From: a virus
Reading direction: 5' to 3' (one strand)
Virus record (IMG/VR): IMGVR_UViG_3300036791_001907
Coordinates: 1 to 64,000 of that record
Length of the DNA stretch: 64,000 bases
Under the pieces are notes generated by a model. That model was not told the origin of the DNA. It saw only the letters and a program-made list of their open reading frames with translations, and did not search any database. A program made the position numbers and the translations under genes. Positions 47,715-56,526 of the stretch are shown piece after piece. Positions within the stretch are counted from its first letter, which is position 1. Every line of letters starts with the position of its first letter.

Positions 47715-49193
47715 GTGGCTAAACGCCAACCCGCCTCGAAGTCCGTCAAGTCCACCAAGTCCACCAAGTCCACCAAGTCCATCAAGGCCAGCAGCAAGGC
47801 CTCCCGTAAACCCGCCCCGATATCGGCTCCGGAGCCGACCGTGGAGCAAACCCAGGCAGCCGCCCCGGCGCCTGGTGCAGAACCGATCGTGACGCCGGCA
47901 CCGGAACAGGCCACGGCGACGGAACAGGCCGTGGTGCCGGCCGTCACGTCGGTTGAGGAGCCGCCCGCGGATCCCGGCGACAGGCGCAATCTGCCGCGGC
48001 CGCGGTGGGCGCCCAGGCCACCGCTCAAGCGGCGGCCGCGGCCTGCCATGCGTGTGGCGCCAGCGCCCGCTCCGGCGCCGGCAGCGGCGCCGGCAGCGGC
48101 GCCGGCCGCCACGGCCGCCCCGATGTCGGCGGAGGCGGCCGGTGATAAGCTCGCGGAGGTGCTGGCTTCGGCCATGCCCGCCGAAGGCATCGCCTACGAG
48201 CCGGACAACGTGATCGAGGCCCCGTTCCAGGTGATCTCCGTCACGGACAATCCGGCTCCGTCCGCCCCGGGTCCGTTTGCCCGGGCTGGCATGGCCGGCA
48301 GGGCTGCGGCGGCGACGGCTCGGGTCGCGGCACAGCCGCAGGCGGCTCCGACAGCACAGCCGCAGGCAGCCGCGACGGCGCAGCCGCAGGCAGCTCCGAC
48401 AGCCCAGCCGCAGGCAGCCGCGACGGCGCAGCCGCAGGCGGCCCCGACCACGCCGCCGCCTGGCTTCTTCCAGTTCCGCGAGTCGCCCCTGGTCAAGGAC
48501 TTCGGGCCGATCTTCCGGTGGCTCTGGAGCGTCATCACGTGGATCGGAAAGGGCATCGCGAAGCTGGTGATCTGGCTCCGGGACAAGATCGCCACCAAGC
48601 TCCGAGCCACGGAGACGGGCCGGGCGATCGCCAGGCACCGGTACAGCATCGGGATCGCGGCGGCCGCCGTGGTCACGATGATCGCCGGGATCTGGGTGTA
48701 CCCGTGGCTCCAGATCAGCACACCCACGCTGGGCGTGCTGGCTCCCCGCGGCACGGTGGTCACGACGACCCCGTCCGGCCAGGTGGTCGTCACGAAGACC
48801 GCCGGGTCGGCCCGTCTGCCCTGGGCCGAGGTGCCTGGCCCTGGGTTCCGGCCGGACAGCCTGATCCAGGAACTGGTCGTGCGCCTCAATGGCGAGCGCG
48901 CGCCGGTGGCTCAGGTCGTCAGCGAGCTGGCCGCACAGGTCGGCAGCAACGGCTACATCGCCATGTGGGCCGAGGAGTGGCCCTGTGGCGCGGTCGACGT
49001 CCACCTGGAGGTCGAGCGCGACACAGCCCTGACGATGTTCCCCGGCATGGCGCAGATGCGTGACCAGGTCACGACCTGCTGCCGCGACGGAAGCGTCGCC
49101 GTGAAGGTCATCCATGACGGCCCCAAGCCGGCCGCCCCGTTGTCCTCGCCCGTAGTACCGGCCGCCCCCAGGGCGTTCCTGGTCAGCCAGTGA
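47715..49193 (+). CDS. Single-pass membrane protein with long low-complexity Ala/Pro/Lys N-terminus
   Basis: SD GGAG; KST repeats; AQPQAA(P/A)T x5; TM segment IGIAAAAVVTMIAGIWVYPWL; small C-terminal domain. Confidence 0.7.
   Translation: MAKRQPASKSVKSTKSTKSTKSIKASSKASRKPAPISAPEPTVEQTQAAAPAPGAEPIVTPAPEQATATEQAVVPAVTSVEEPPADPGDRRNLPRPRWAPRPPLKRRPRPAMRVAPAPAPAPAAAPAAAPAATAAPMSAEAAGDKLAEVLASAMPAEGIAYEPDNVIEAPFQVISVTDNPAPSAPGPFARAGMAGRAAAATARVAAQPQAAPTAQPQAAATAQPQAAPTAQPQAAATAQPQAAPTTPPPGFFQFRESPLVKDFGPIFRWLWSVITWIGKGIAKLVIWLRDKIATKLRATETGRAIARHRYSIGIAAAAVVTMIAGIWVYPWLQISTPTLGVLAPRGTVVTTTPSGQVVVTKTAGSARLPWAEVPGPGFRPDSLIQELVVRLNGERAPVAQVVSELAAQVGSNGYIAMWAEEWPCGAVDVHLEVERDTALTMFPGMAQMRDQVTTCCRDGSVAVKVIHDGPKPAAPLSSPVVPAAPRAFLVSQ
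47739..47783 (+). repeat. 9-bp tandem repeat AAGTCCRYC x5 (KSV/KST/KSI)
   Basis: Seen directly in the sequence. Confidence 0.85.
48330..48449 (+). repeat. 24-bp coding tandem repeat x5 (AQPQAAPT/AQPQAAAT)
   Basis: Seen directly in the sequence. Confidence 0.85.
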
Positions 49194-49200
49194 TCCCAGT

Positions 49201-49238
49201 GACGGCGGCCGCACAGTGCGGCCGCCGTCTTGCTCTTC
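49201..49238 (+). terminator. Perfect inverted repeat or terminator-like hairpin
   Basis: GACGGCGGCCGCAC-A-GTGCGGCCGCCGTC, then TTGCTCTT. Confidence 0.55.
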
Positions 49239-49262
49239 CCACCCTGACCAGGAGAGATCACC

Positions 49263-49616
49263 ATGATCCGCCGGTTCTTAACCAAGGCCGCCCTGATGGC
49301 GGGCTTTTGCGTCGTTTACTTGCTCGTTTACTCCGTTGCGATCAATGTATGGCCCGAGACTTACTGGTCTAACCCAGTCAAGCCTAAACCCACCTCGGTG
49401 TACATTGCCGGCTGTATCTTGTTTACCACTGTCTGGATCGCCTACACCAGCATCGTGAACACGATGATCCCGGGCATCGTGTTCCGGCATTTCCCCGAGG
49501 CGCGCTGGCTGGCCCCGGAAAAGATCGAAACCCGAACCGTGGCGCGGAGGACCATGCGATGGTCACCACGCCACGAGCCGGAACCAACGGATCTACCTGG
49601 TTCATCCCAGGTGTAG
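49263..49616 (+). CDS. Small two-TM membrane protein
   Basis: SD AGGAG; two hydrophobic segments; lower GC. Confidence 0.6.
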   Translation: MIRRFLTKAALMAGFCVVYLLVYSVAINVWPETYWSNPVKPKPTSVYIAGCILFTTVWIAYTSIVNTMIPGIVFRHFPEARWLAPEKIETRTVARRTMRWSPRHEPEPTDLPGSSQV

Positions 49617-49696
49617 TCCACGCCAGGGATCGGCAAACCATTGTCGCTACAACCGCTGCGGCGGTTCAAACCTCGATGCGTCGAGGTGCGGGGGAC

Positions 49697-49763
49697 GAGT
49701 CCCCCAGGGGTACGATCGCAGACAGCTTCCCCAGCTGTCAACGATCGTATTCCCTGGGGACTC
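49697..49763. repeat. Long imperfect inverted repeat (about 28-bp stem) in an intergenic region
   Basis: GAGTCCCCCAGGGG-TACGATCG-CA-GACAGCT-loop-AGCTGTC-AA-CGATCGTA-TTCCCTGGGGACTC. Confidence 0.75.
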
Positions 49764-49910
49764 ATTGCGCGCCGGCGCGCCGGCCTTTTGGTTTAGCTTT
49801 TGGCTTTAGCTATTGCCGCTCCGGCACATGCAATTGATCGCCGTGCGCCCGCCCTGTACGATGGCCGCGAGGTACCAGACAAGCTCGCAGGCCAGCGCAG
49901 GAGCAGCAAC

Positions 49911-50195
49911 ATGGGCGTCACGCTCGTCGATCAGCCGGAAGGGGGCAAGATCACCGTCAACGGGCCGAAGGCCATGGTGACCGTCGAGGCGGACACCTCG
50001 CGCGAGGTGAGCGACTCGGTCGCCCGGACCGCGGCGCTGAACGCAGCCCGTGGTTTTCTCACCCGGCCTGGCATCGCGGGTCAGAGTGGACCCTATCCCG
50101 TGGACGCGGACGGCAACCAGCTCGAGGACCTGACCAAGGGGCTCCCCGAGGGCTTCCGTTACCGTCAGGACTACACGATCCAGGAGGGCATGTGA
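49911..50195 (+). CDS. Hypothetical protein
   Basis: SD AGGAG before ATG 49911; good codon bias. Confidence 0.6.
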   Translation: MGVTLVDQPEGGKITVNGPKAMVTVEADTSREVSDSVARTAALNAARGFLTRPGIAGQSGPYPVDADGNQLEDLTKGLPEGFRYRQDYTIQEGM

Positions 50196-50752
50196 CTGGA
50201 AACCAGATCGAGATCCCGGCAATCCAGGCACCCAGCCTCACCGAGGCTGAGGTCCAGGCGCTCTTCCGGCTCATCATCCGGCGGCCGGCGCCGCGTCGGA
50301 ACGACGACAAGCTCACCACGGCCGAGGTGGTCCTCATCACCGCGACCAACCTCCTCAGAGGCAGTTACGGCTTCGACCTGGCATCCACGCTGGCGATCGT
50401 GAGCCGGCTCTGGCCCTGGCTCGAGGCCGACGACCAGCAGATCTTGATGTTCAATATTGTCGACCGCCGCTATGTCGGCTGGACCTGCCGGGAACACAGC
50501 ATCCTGATCGACGCGGTCACTGGCGACGAGGTGGCGCCGTCCCAGATACTATCCCGCGTACTGGAGTCGACCGCGTACAATCTCTACGAGATGCTCGACC
50601 GGCAGATGGCGCTGGTCCGCGGCGCGCGGACGTCGTTCTGGGAGGGAAAGGATGCCCCTTCGCAAACCCCATGTGGTACGGCGGCAGCAGACGGCGACGG
50701 CCTGGGAGAACCCCAAGTCGTTCGCGACGACCCTGGTGCACCTGTTCCATGA
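50192..50752 (+). CDS. Hypothetical protein
   Basis: GTGA coupling to the upstream gene; the last 101 nt overlap the next ORF. Confidence 0.55.
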   Translation: MTGNQIEIPAIQAPSLTEAEVQALFRLIIRRPAPRRNDDKLTTAEVVLITATNLLRGSYGFDLASTLAIVSRLWPWLEADDQQILMFNIVDRRYVGWTCREHSILIDAVTGDEVAPSQILSRVLESTAYNLYEMLDRQMALVRGARTSFWEGKDAPSQTPCGTAAADGDGLGEPQVVRDDPGAPVP

Positions 50753-51419
50753 TGAGTATTTCGATCCCAGGGATCCGCCGGGAGAGAACTGCTACACCTG
50801 GCATCCCGGCACGATCCTGCTCGAGATCCGCGACGACTTCGGCGTCGAGCTGCCGCGCGCCAGCTTCGACCGGCTGATGGCGGGGATCCAGCTGGTCACG
50901 TCGGACGCCTTCTATAAGAACGCGCCGACGTTTGTCGACCTGTGCAACGTCCTGGCCGGGGGGCTGTATGACCCGGCGACATGGGACCCGGCCGACGCGA
51001 CGGAATGCGCCTGGGGGATCACCGAGGCCATGCTCCTGGCACCACCCGACGATGACGATGAGGAGCCATTCTCTGCGGAGATCCGCGGCTACTTGGGCGC
51101 AGTCCTGGACGAGGAGGGTATACTGGACCCACCCGACGTGCTCCGGATCGCGCTGCGGGACGGCGGGCTGAACCAGACCGCGCGGGTTCATTCCCAGTTC
51201 GACGATCCCGGGATCCGTGCGGCCATCACTGGAACCGAGGCTGCGAAGGTCAAGGAGATCAATGACCACGTCCGCTCAAACCTACGAATGCTGATCGGCC
51301 AGCTTGAAGCGCTTCACCTGGCGCACGGTGACGCCAGCGCGCTGGCAGGCAAACTCGCCCAGGCCATGGGCACGGAGGGATCGCAATGGTTCTCGTCGCC
51401 AAGCAGGAAAAGTACGTGA
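50652..51419 (+). CDS. Acidic hypothetical protein
   Basis: SD GGAGGG; WHPGTILLEIRDDF...TSDAFY...ECAWGITEA; globular composition. Confidence 0.65.
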   Translation: MPLRKPHVVRRQQTATAWENPKSFATTLVHLFHDEYFDPRDPPGENCYTWHPGTILLEIRDDFGVELPRASFDRLMAGIQLVTSDAFYKNAPTFVDLCNVLAGGLYDPATWDPADATECAWGITEAMLLAPPDDDDEEPFSAEIRGYLGAVLDEEGILDPPDVLRIALRDGGLNQTARVHSQFDDPGIRAAITGTEAAKVKEINDHVRSNLRMLIGQLEALHLAHGDASALAGKLAQAMGTEGSQWFSSPSRKST

Positions 51420-51874
51420 TCATGAAGGGTGGCCTGTACGCCAACGTGGACCGCAAGTTCGGCGGCAAGCCCAAGGTATACACCACCCTGCGCGAGGCCC
51501 AGTACGACAACACCCACTATGCCGCGCTGCGAGCCGGCGTCATCGCGCCCTACACGGGCACGGAAGTGGCCCGGACCCCGGGCGTCGCCGCGACCACCAA
51601 GCCCCGATCGGGACCGGTGCCGCCGCCCCGGCCGGCGCGCGCCGCCGCCGGTATGGCCACCAGTGCGAAGACCGTCAAGCCCAGGGTTTCCGGTCCACCG
51701 CCTGGCACCACCAGACTCGCGCCGCCGTTGCCGTCGGGCAGACTGGTCCCACTGGGGCGCGCCGCTGCCGCCGCTCCTGTGGCCAAACCGGCGGACAAAC
51801 CGGCGGACAAGGGCAAGACCAGGAAAACGAAGACGGTCAAGGTCACGGCAACGAAGCGAACCACCAGCAAGTGA
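51386..51874 (+). CDS. Basic protein with Lys/Thr/Pro/Ala-rich histone-like tail
   Basis: SD GGAGGG; C-terminus KPADKPADKGKTRKTKTVK. Confidence 0.6.
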   Translation: MVLVAKQEKYVIMKGGLYANVDRKFGGKPKVYTTLREAQYDNTHYAALRAGVIAPYTGTEVARTPGVAATTKPRSGPVPPPRPARAAAGMATSAKTVKPRVSGPPPGTTRLAPPLPSGRLVPLGRAAAAAPVAKPADKPADKGKTRKTKTVKVTATKRTTSK

Positions 51875-51973
51875 CGGTGCAAGCGCTGGTCACTACGCCC
51901 GCTGCAACGGCACGCTCCGTAGCGGGCGTTTCCCTGCGCAGCTATTCTGTGGTAGGCCAAGCGAGGACCATCC

Positions 51974-53689
51974 ATGTCGATGATCAATCCGAACGTCAAG
52001 AAGCGAGTGCAGATCCTCTGGGGATCGAGTCAGACCATTGTCTCGGTGCGGACCGCCGAGGACGGCCGGTTCGTGCGCGACATCGAAACGATCATGAGCG
52101 AGACCGAACCCGAGTGCGTGCTCGTGGTCTGGGATCGGGCCCGCGGGTTCAACTGGAACCGCGTCGACAAGCACGGCTACATGCTGGAGTTCCCCTTTGG
52201 CAAGGGGGGTACCAACATCAAGGGCACCGACTTCACCAGCATGCTGGTGGCCCTGGAAACGATCGCCGTGCTGGACTCGACGAAGCTGAAGAGGGCGGTG
52301 TTCATCTTCCTGGACCCGCATGATGTCTTCGACGATCCGGTCGAGGGCCCCGCCTGCCGGCGGGTCGTCAAGACCATGGTCAATGAGCTTCAGCTCTCCC
52401 GGGCCAAGGACAAGGAGACCGGGGCTCCGGGCCATCGCCGCCAGGTGATCTTCGTCTCGCCGGGGCCGGTCCACCATGAGCTGCACGACTACGCCGTGCC
52501 CCTGGACTATCCCCGTCCCACCGAGCAGGAGCACGTGGACACGGTCGGCGTGGTCGAGAGCGGCACCGACGGCAAGAAGTGCCCGGAGGAGATCCGCCAG
52601 GCCCTGGCCGCCATCGGCGTCGGTCTGACCATGGTCCAGTTCGAGAACGCCGTGGCCGCGGCCACGCACGAGCACAAGGGCTTCTCGCCCGCGGTCCTGG
52701 ACTCGGTCGAGCGCAAGAAGGCCGATCTGATCGCCCAGCAGGGGTTCCTCACCTACGTGCCGTTCAGTGAGCTGCCCCATGAGGGTGACATCCGGGGGTT
52801 CGATGAGGTCCATGACTTCCTGGGCATGCAGGCCCAGTCCTACAAGAAGGCCGACCGGGGTCTTGATCGGCCCAAGGGCATTCTCCTGATGGGCGTGGCC
52901 GGGACCGGCAAGAGCCAGATGGGCAAGCTGGCGGCCCGGATCTTCTACACCCAGACCGGCAAGCGGTTCCCGGTCTACCTGCTCAACGTGCCGGCGCTCT
53001 TCGGCGGCATCGTCGGCCAGACCGAGGCCAACGTCCGCTGGGTCACCGAGACCCTGAGCGCGCAGGGCCACTACATGCTTGTCATCGACGAGCTGGAGAA
53101 GATGCTCGCGACCGGCGGCTACAACGGCGACAGCGGTGTCTCGCTCCGCGCCGTCGGGCAGATCCTCAACTGGCTGTCGGAGCGGGTCAGCAATCCGCTC
53201 GACCGGGGCTACATCATCGGCACCCTGAACACGATCGAGGGGATCCGCCCCGAGTTCTTCCGCCGCTTTGGCGCTGTCTTTGCCACCGATCTGCCCACGC
53301 CGGACGTCCGCCGGGAGATCATCGCCAGCCACTTCCAGCGCCGCGGGGTGGATCCCGGCAAGATCGTCGGCCTGAACGGCGCGCCCTTGACGGCGGCAGA
53401 CTGGGACGCCCTGATCACCGGCACCGAGAACTTCATCGGTTCCGAGCTGGAGGACGTGGTCGTCCAGTCCCGGGAGCTGGCCTCCTACAGCCGAGACACG
53501 GCGATCCCGGTCTTCGAGGAGATCGAGGAGACCGTGCGCAACCGGGCCCAGAACATCGTGGCCAAGACCCACAGCGACGAGGTCCAGGCCGTCCGCGAGT
53601 ACTGCCGGACGTCGGCCCGCCCGGTCCATGTGCAAAAGGCCCCGGTCCGGGGTGTGAAACGTTCACGGCAAGTTAATACAGGTGACTGA
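51974..53689 (+). CDS. AAA+ ATPase, Ycf46/SpoVK-like
   Basis: PKGILLMGVAGTGKS (Walker A), LVIDELEK (Walker B), GTLN...PEFFRRF; degenerate N-terminal AAA domain (FIFLDPH). Confidence 0.9.
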   Translation: MSMINPNVKKRVQILWGSSQTIVSVRTAEDGRFVRDIETIMSETEPECVLVVWDRARGFNWNRVDKHGYMLEFPFGKGGTNIKGTDFTSMLVALETIAVLDSTKLKRAVFIFLDPHDVFDDPVEGPACRRVVKTMVNELQLSRAKDKETGAPGHRRQVIFVSPGPVHHELHDYAVPLDYPRPTEQEHVDTVGVVESGTDGKKCPEEIRQALAAIGVGLTMVQFENAVAAATHEHKGFSPAVLDSVERKKADLIAQQGFLTYVPFSELPHEGDIRGFDEVHDFLGMQAQSYKKADRGLDRPKGILLMGVAGTGKSQMGKLAARIFYTQTGKRFPVYLLNVPALFGGIVGQTEANVRWVTETLSAQGHYMLVIDELEKMLATGGYNGDSGVSLRAVGQILNWLSERVSNPLDRGYIIGTLNTIEGIRPEFFRRFGAVFATDLPTPDVRREIIASHFQRRGVDPGKIVGLNGAPLTAADWDALITGTENFIGSELEDVVVQSRELASYSRDTAIPVFEEIEETVRNRAQNIVAKTHSDEVQAVREYCRTSARPVHVQKAPVRGVKRSRQVNTGD

Positions 53690-53690
53690 C

Positions 53691-53885
53691 ATGGCCAAGC
53701 AGATCGTCTTCACGATCGACCAGAACACCGGCGGCGTCACGATCGAGGCCTCGGGCTACAAGGGCCCCGAGTGCAAGGTCGCCACCGCCCCCTACGAGAA
53801 GCTCTTCGGCACCCCGGCGTCGGATACGCCCACCAAGGAGATGGGGATCAAGGCCACCGAGCAGGTGCGCCAGAGACAGGGGTGA
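53691..53885 (+). CDS. DUF2997-family small protein
   Basis: IVFTIDQNTGGVTIEASGYKGPECKVATAPYEKLFG fits the family pattern; usual neighbour of Ycf46-type ATPases. Confidence 0.75.
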   Translation: MAKQIVFTIDQNTGGVTIEASGYKGPECKVATAPYEKLFGTPASDTPTKEMGIKATEQVRQRQG

Positions 53886-53888
53886 GCC

Positions 53889-54236
53889 GTGGCTCAGGAA
53901 CTGGTTTTTAACATTGGCCCGGACGGGGTCGTGCGCTACATCCACAGCGACGAGGCAGTCCGCCTGGCGGCGGGCGCCCTCGGCCGTCCCGTCATCAACC
54001 GGGCCAGCCATGTCGAGTACGACAACGAACGAGGCGGCTGGACAGCCGACATGTCCCCCCTCGGAGCGCCCGTGATCCTCGGGCCGTACACCACCAGGGA
54101 AGAAGCCCTCGAGCGCGAGCATACATGGCTCGCCGCGTACATGCCGATGCTGCCCTGTGCGCAGTATCGCGCGGTCGACTACGGTACGCTGCCGGCCGGC
54201 AGACCGGGCGAACTTCCACCACGAGACTCGACATGA
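53889..54236 (+). CDS. Conserved small protein of the AAA/DUF2997 cluster
   Basis: I.PDG.VR.I...LG...I.RASHVE...W.ADMSP.G...LGPY..R.EAL..E..WL motif. Confidence 0.7.
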   Translation: MAQELVFNIGPDGVVRYIHSDEAVRLAAGALGRPVINRASHVEYDNERGGWTADMSPLGAPVILGPYTTREEALEREHTWLAAYMPMLPCAQYRAVDYGTLPAGRPGELPPRDST

Positions 54237-55258
54237 GCACGGTCATGGAACCCCAGAAGGAAGCCGTCCTGGCGGACGGCGTCAGCGTCCAGGACGTCAA
54301 GCTGGATACCGACATCTATTTGCTGGATATCGTCAAGCACCGCTGGTCCGGCGAGCACGTTCTCGACCCCAAGGCCCACGCCAAGGTCGAGGTCAAGGGG
54401 CAGGAGGTCAAGGACAAACTGGTCAAGAAAACCGTCTGTCTGATCCCCAAGTCCTTGAGCAGCGTGCTGACGCCCGGCTACGCGCAGGTGGACCACGTGC
54501 TCGCCCGGTTCACCACCAACTTCTCCGGCGCCCGGGCGCTCTCGGGGCCGGCGAAGGAGCAGTTCTTCACCGAGCTGAAGGCGGCCCGCGCCTTTCTGGC
54601 CGAATGCGTCGCCGAGTTCGTCGGCCGCTACCAGGCGGAGGTCATCGACTACAACCAGGCAGAGTGGGAACCCACGCTGGGTGCTGACTACGGCGTGGTC
54701 ATCGGCAAGCTGCTCACGGCCGTTGAGTATGTTGGCGAACGGTTTCGCTACAGCGTGCGCAACATCCGCCGGCTGGAGGCGCCCAGCGAGGAGTACAAGA
54801 AGATCGCGCGGCTGGACAAGGAGCTGCTCGCCGAGGTCCGCGCCAACAAGCGCGATGACTACGAGGCGGCCATGGACGAGCTGGTGGCCGGCCCCCGCAA
54901 GGTTCTGGCCGAGTCCCTGGACGGTCTGATCCAGCAGCTTCAGGACGGCAAGATCATCCAGCGGGCCTCGTTCAACGCCGTCCTGGACGCGATCGCGCTG
55001 AACCGCGCGTTCGCGGGCACCATCACCGACGCCAAGCTCCTGGCTACATCCCAGGCGCTGGAGCAGGCGATCGACAAGGCGATCGTCACCGCCGAGAACA
55101 ACAAGACCAGTTCCACGAGCTGGTCCGATCTGCTTTCGGCCCACAAGGGCGACCTGGAAAAGGCCATCGCACCGGTGGCCGAGGCCGCCAAGGACTCCGC
55201 CGCGGTGGAGCAGGTCCGTCGACGCCTGAATGCACGGGTCCGCCCGGTCGATGCGTAA
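54233..55258 (+). CDS. DUF3150-like helical protein
   Basis: ATGA coupling; LLDIVKHRWSG...LIPKS and a helical remainder; cluster context. Confidence 0.55.
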   Translation: MSTVMEPQKEAVLADGVSVQDVKLDTDIYLLDIVKHRWSGEHVLDPKAHAKVEVKGQEVKDKLVKKTVCLIPKSLSSVLTPGYAQVDHVLARFTTNFSGARALSGPAKEQFFTELKAARAFLAECVAEFVGRYQAEVIDYNQAEWEPTLGADYGVVIGKLLTAVEYVGERFRYSVRNIRRLEAPSEEYKKIARLDKELLAEVRANKRDDYEAAMDELVAGPRKVLAESLDGLIQQLQDGKIIQRASFNAVLDAIALNRAFAGTITDAKLLATSQALEQAIDKAIVTAENNKTSSTSWSDLLSAHKGDLEKAIAPVAEAAKDSAAVEQVRRRLNARVRPVDA

Positions 55259-55278
55259 GCTGATGACGGAGCCGCGCC

Positions 55279-55920
55279 GTGGGCATCACGGTCAGCTACC
55301 TGGCGCCGGCCGCGGCCGGCGCCACCTTCGCCTACTCGGTTGAACGGCAAGCAGATGGCAAGTTCTTTGACTTTACCCTGAACACGTTCCGGCATTCCGC
55401 GCTGGTCCTGACAGCCGCACGCACCCGGCCACTGGTCCCGCGCGACGAATTCATGGACATGGCCGCCGAGTTCGCTCATGTCGAGGACGGCGCGACCTAC
55501 ATCATCCGCATCCATCGCACCGACAGGGTCACCCGGATCGTCGCTGCGCTGCCAGTGACCGTCTGGTTCGCCGGGGACCGGGTTACGACCGTCGAGGAGG
55601 GACAGCTCGTGGAGCCCAGCTACCGGGCGGGCAAGAAGTTCTTCGAGGGCCGGACGATCGAGGCCAAGTGGCGGCTCACGTTCTATGGCGATGATGGGTT
55701 CACCATCCATACCGCGACGCTCTGGGAAGATGCCACCAGTTCCTGCAACTGCCCGCGCTGGTGCCGGAAGATGCAGGGCCAGCGGCGCAGCTGTCCGCAC
55801 GCGGAGCGGGCGCTGACGCTCACCGCCAACGTCGACGAGACCGGCGCGCAGCCGGCGGTCCCCAGTGCGCCGCCGCCGCCCGTTCCACCCCGCCAGCGGT
55901 CCCGGCCCGTCGATACCTGA
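55279..55920 (+). CDS. SWIM zinc-finger protein (paralog 1, with extra N-terminal domain)
   Basis: SCNCPRW...CPH (CxC...CxH). Confidence 0.7.
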   Translation: MGITVSYLAPAAAGATFAYSVERQADGKFFDFTLNTFRHSALVLTAARTRPLVPRDEFMDMAAEFAHVEDGATYIIRIHRTDRVTRIVAALPVTVWFAGDRVTTVEEGQLVEPSYRAGKKFFEGRTIEAKWRLTFYGDDGFTIHTATLWEDATSSCNCPRWCRKMQGQRRSCPHAERALTLTANVDETGAQPAVPSAPPPPVPPRQRSRPVDT

Positions 55921-55943
55921 TGGCGGCCCGCAAGGAGAATCCA

Positions 55944-56261
55944 ATGACATTCCATGGCGGCCAAAAGTTCATCGGCAGCCTGGCGATCTCGGCCAGATAC
56001 CGCCTCACCTGCTTCGGCAGCGATGGGGTCACCATCTACACCGCGACCCTCTGGGCCGATGGTACCAGCTCCTGCAACTGCCCGGCGTGGCGGTTCGAGC
56101 GCAACGGCGTACGCAAATGTAAGCACGCCACCCGGGCTCTGAGTCTCACTGCCGACGTCGATGAGACCGGCGGACAGGCTCGTCCTACACCAGCCGCCGC
56201 GGAGGAACCGGTACAGGGAACCAACCCATTCCGGCGGCGCTCCCGACAGGTGGATACCTGA
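55944..56261 (+). CDS. SWIM zinc-finger protein (paralog 2)
   Basis: SD AAGGAG; SCNCPAW...CKH; alternative start at 55920. Confidence 0.7.
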   Translation: MTFHGGQKFIGSLAISARYRLTCFGSDGVTIYTATLWADGTSSCNCPAWRFERNGVRKCKHATRALSLTADVDETGGQARPTPAAAEEPVQGTNPFRRRSRQVDT

Positions 56262-56262
56262 G

Positions 56263-56526
56263 ATGTACCACGTCAAGTACCGCGACTTCTTCGGCAAGCT
56301 CGTCCTCTGTGCGGGCCGGTCCACATTCGAGGACGCGCAGTCCGAGGCCGAAGACCATGCCCACGCGGGCCAGCGCGAGGTGGCGATCCTCATCGACCTG
56401 GACACGGCCGACGTCAGCATGGAGGTGGCCGCGGCCCTCTCCCGTCGCCATTCCCTTCCGGGGACAGCCCGACCGGGCTGCCGCGACGATGGCCGCACGC
56501 AGACGCAGGCCGCGACTCTTCGGTGA
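56263..56526 (+). CDS. Small hypothetical protein
   Basis: Starts 1 nt after the upstream stop; good codon bias in the 5' part. Confidence 0.5.
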   Translation: MYHVKYRDFFGKLVLCAGRSTFEDAQSEAEDHAHAGQREVAILIDLDTADVSMEVAAALSRRHSLPGTARPGCRDDGRTQTQAATLR

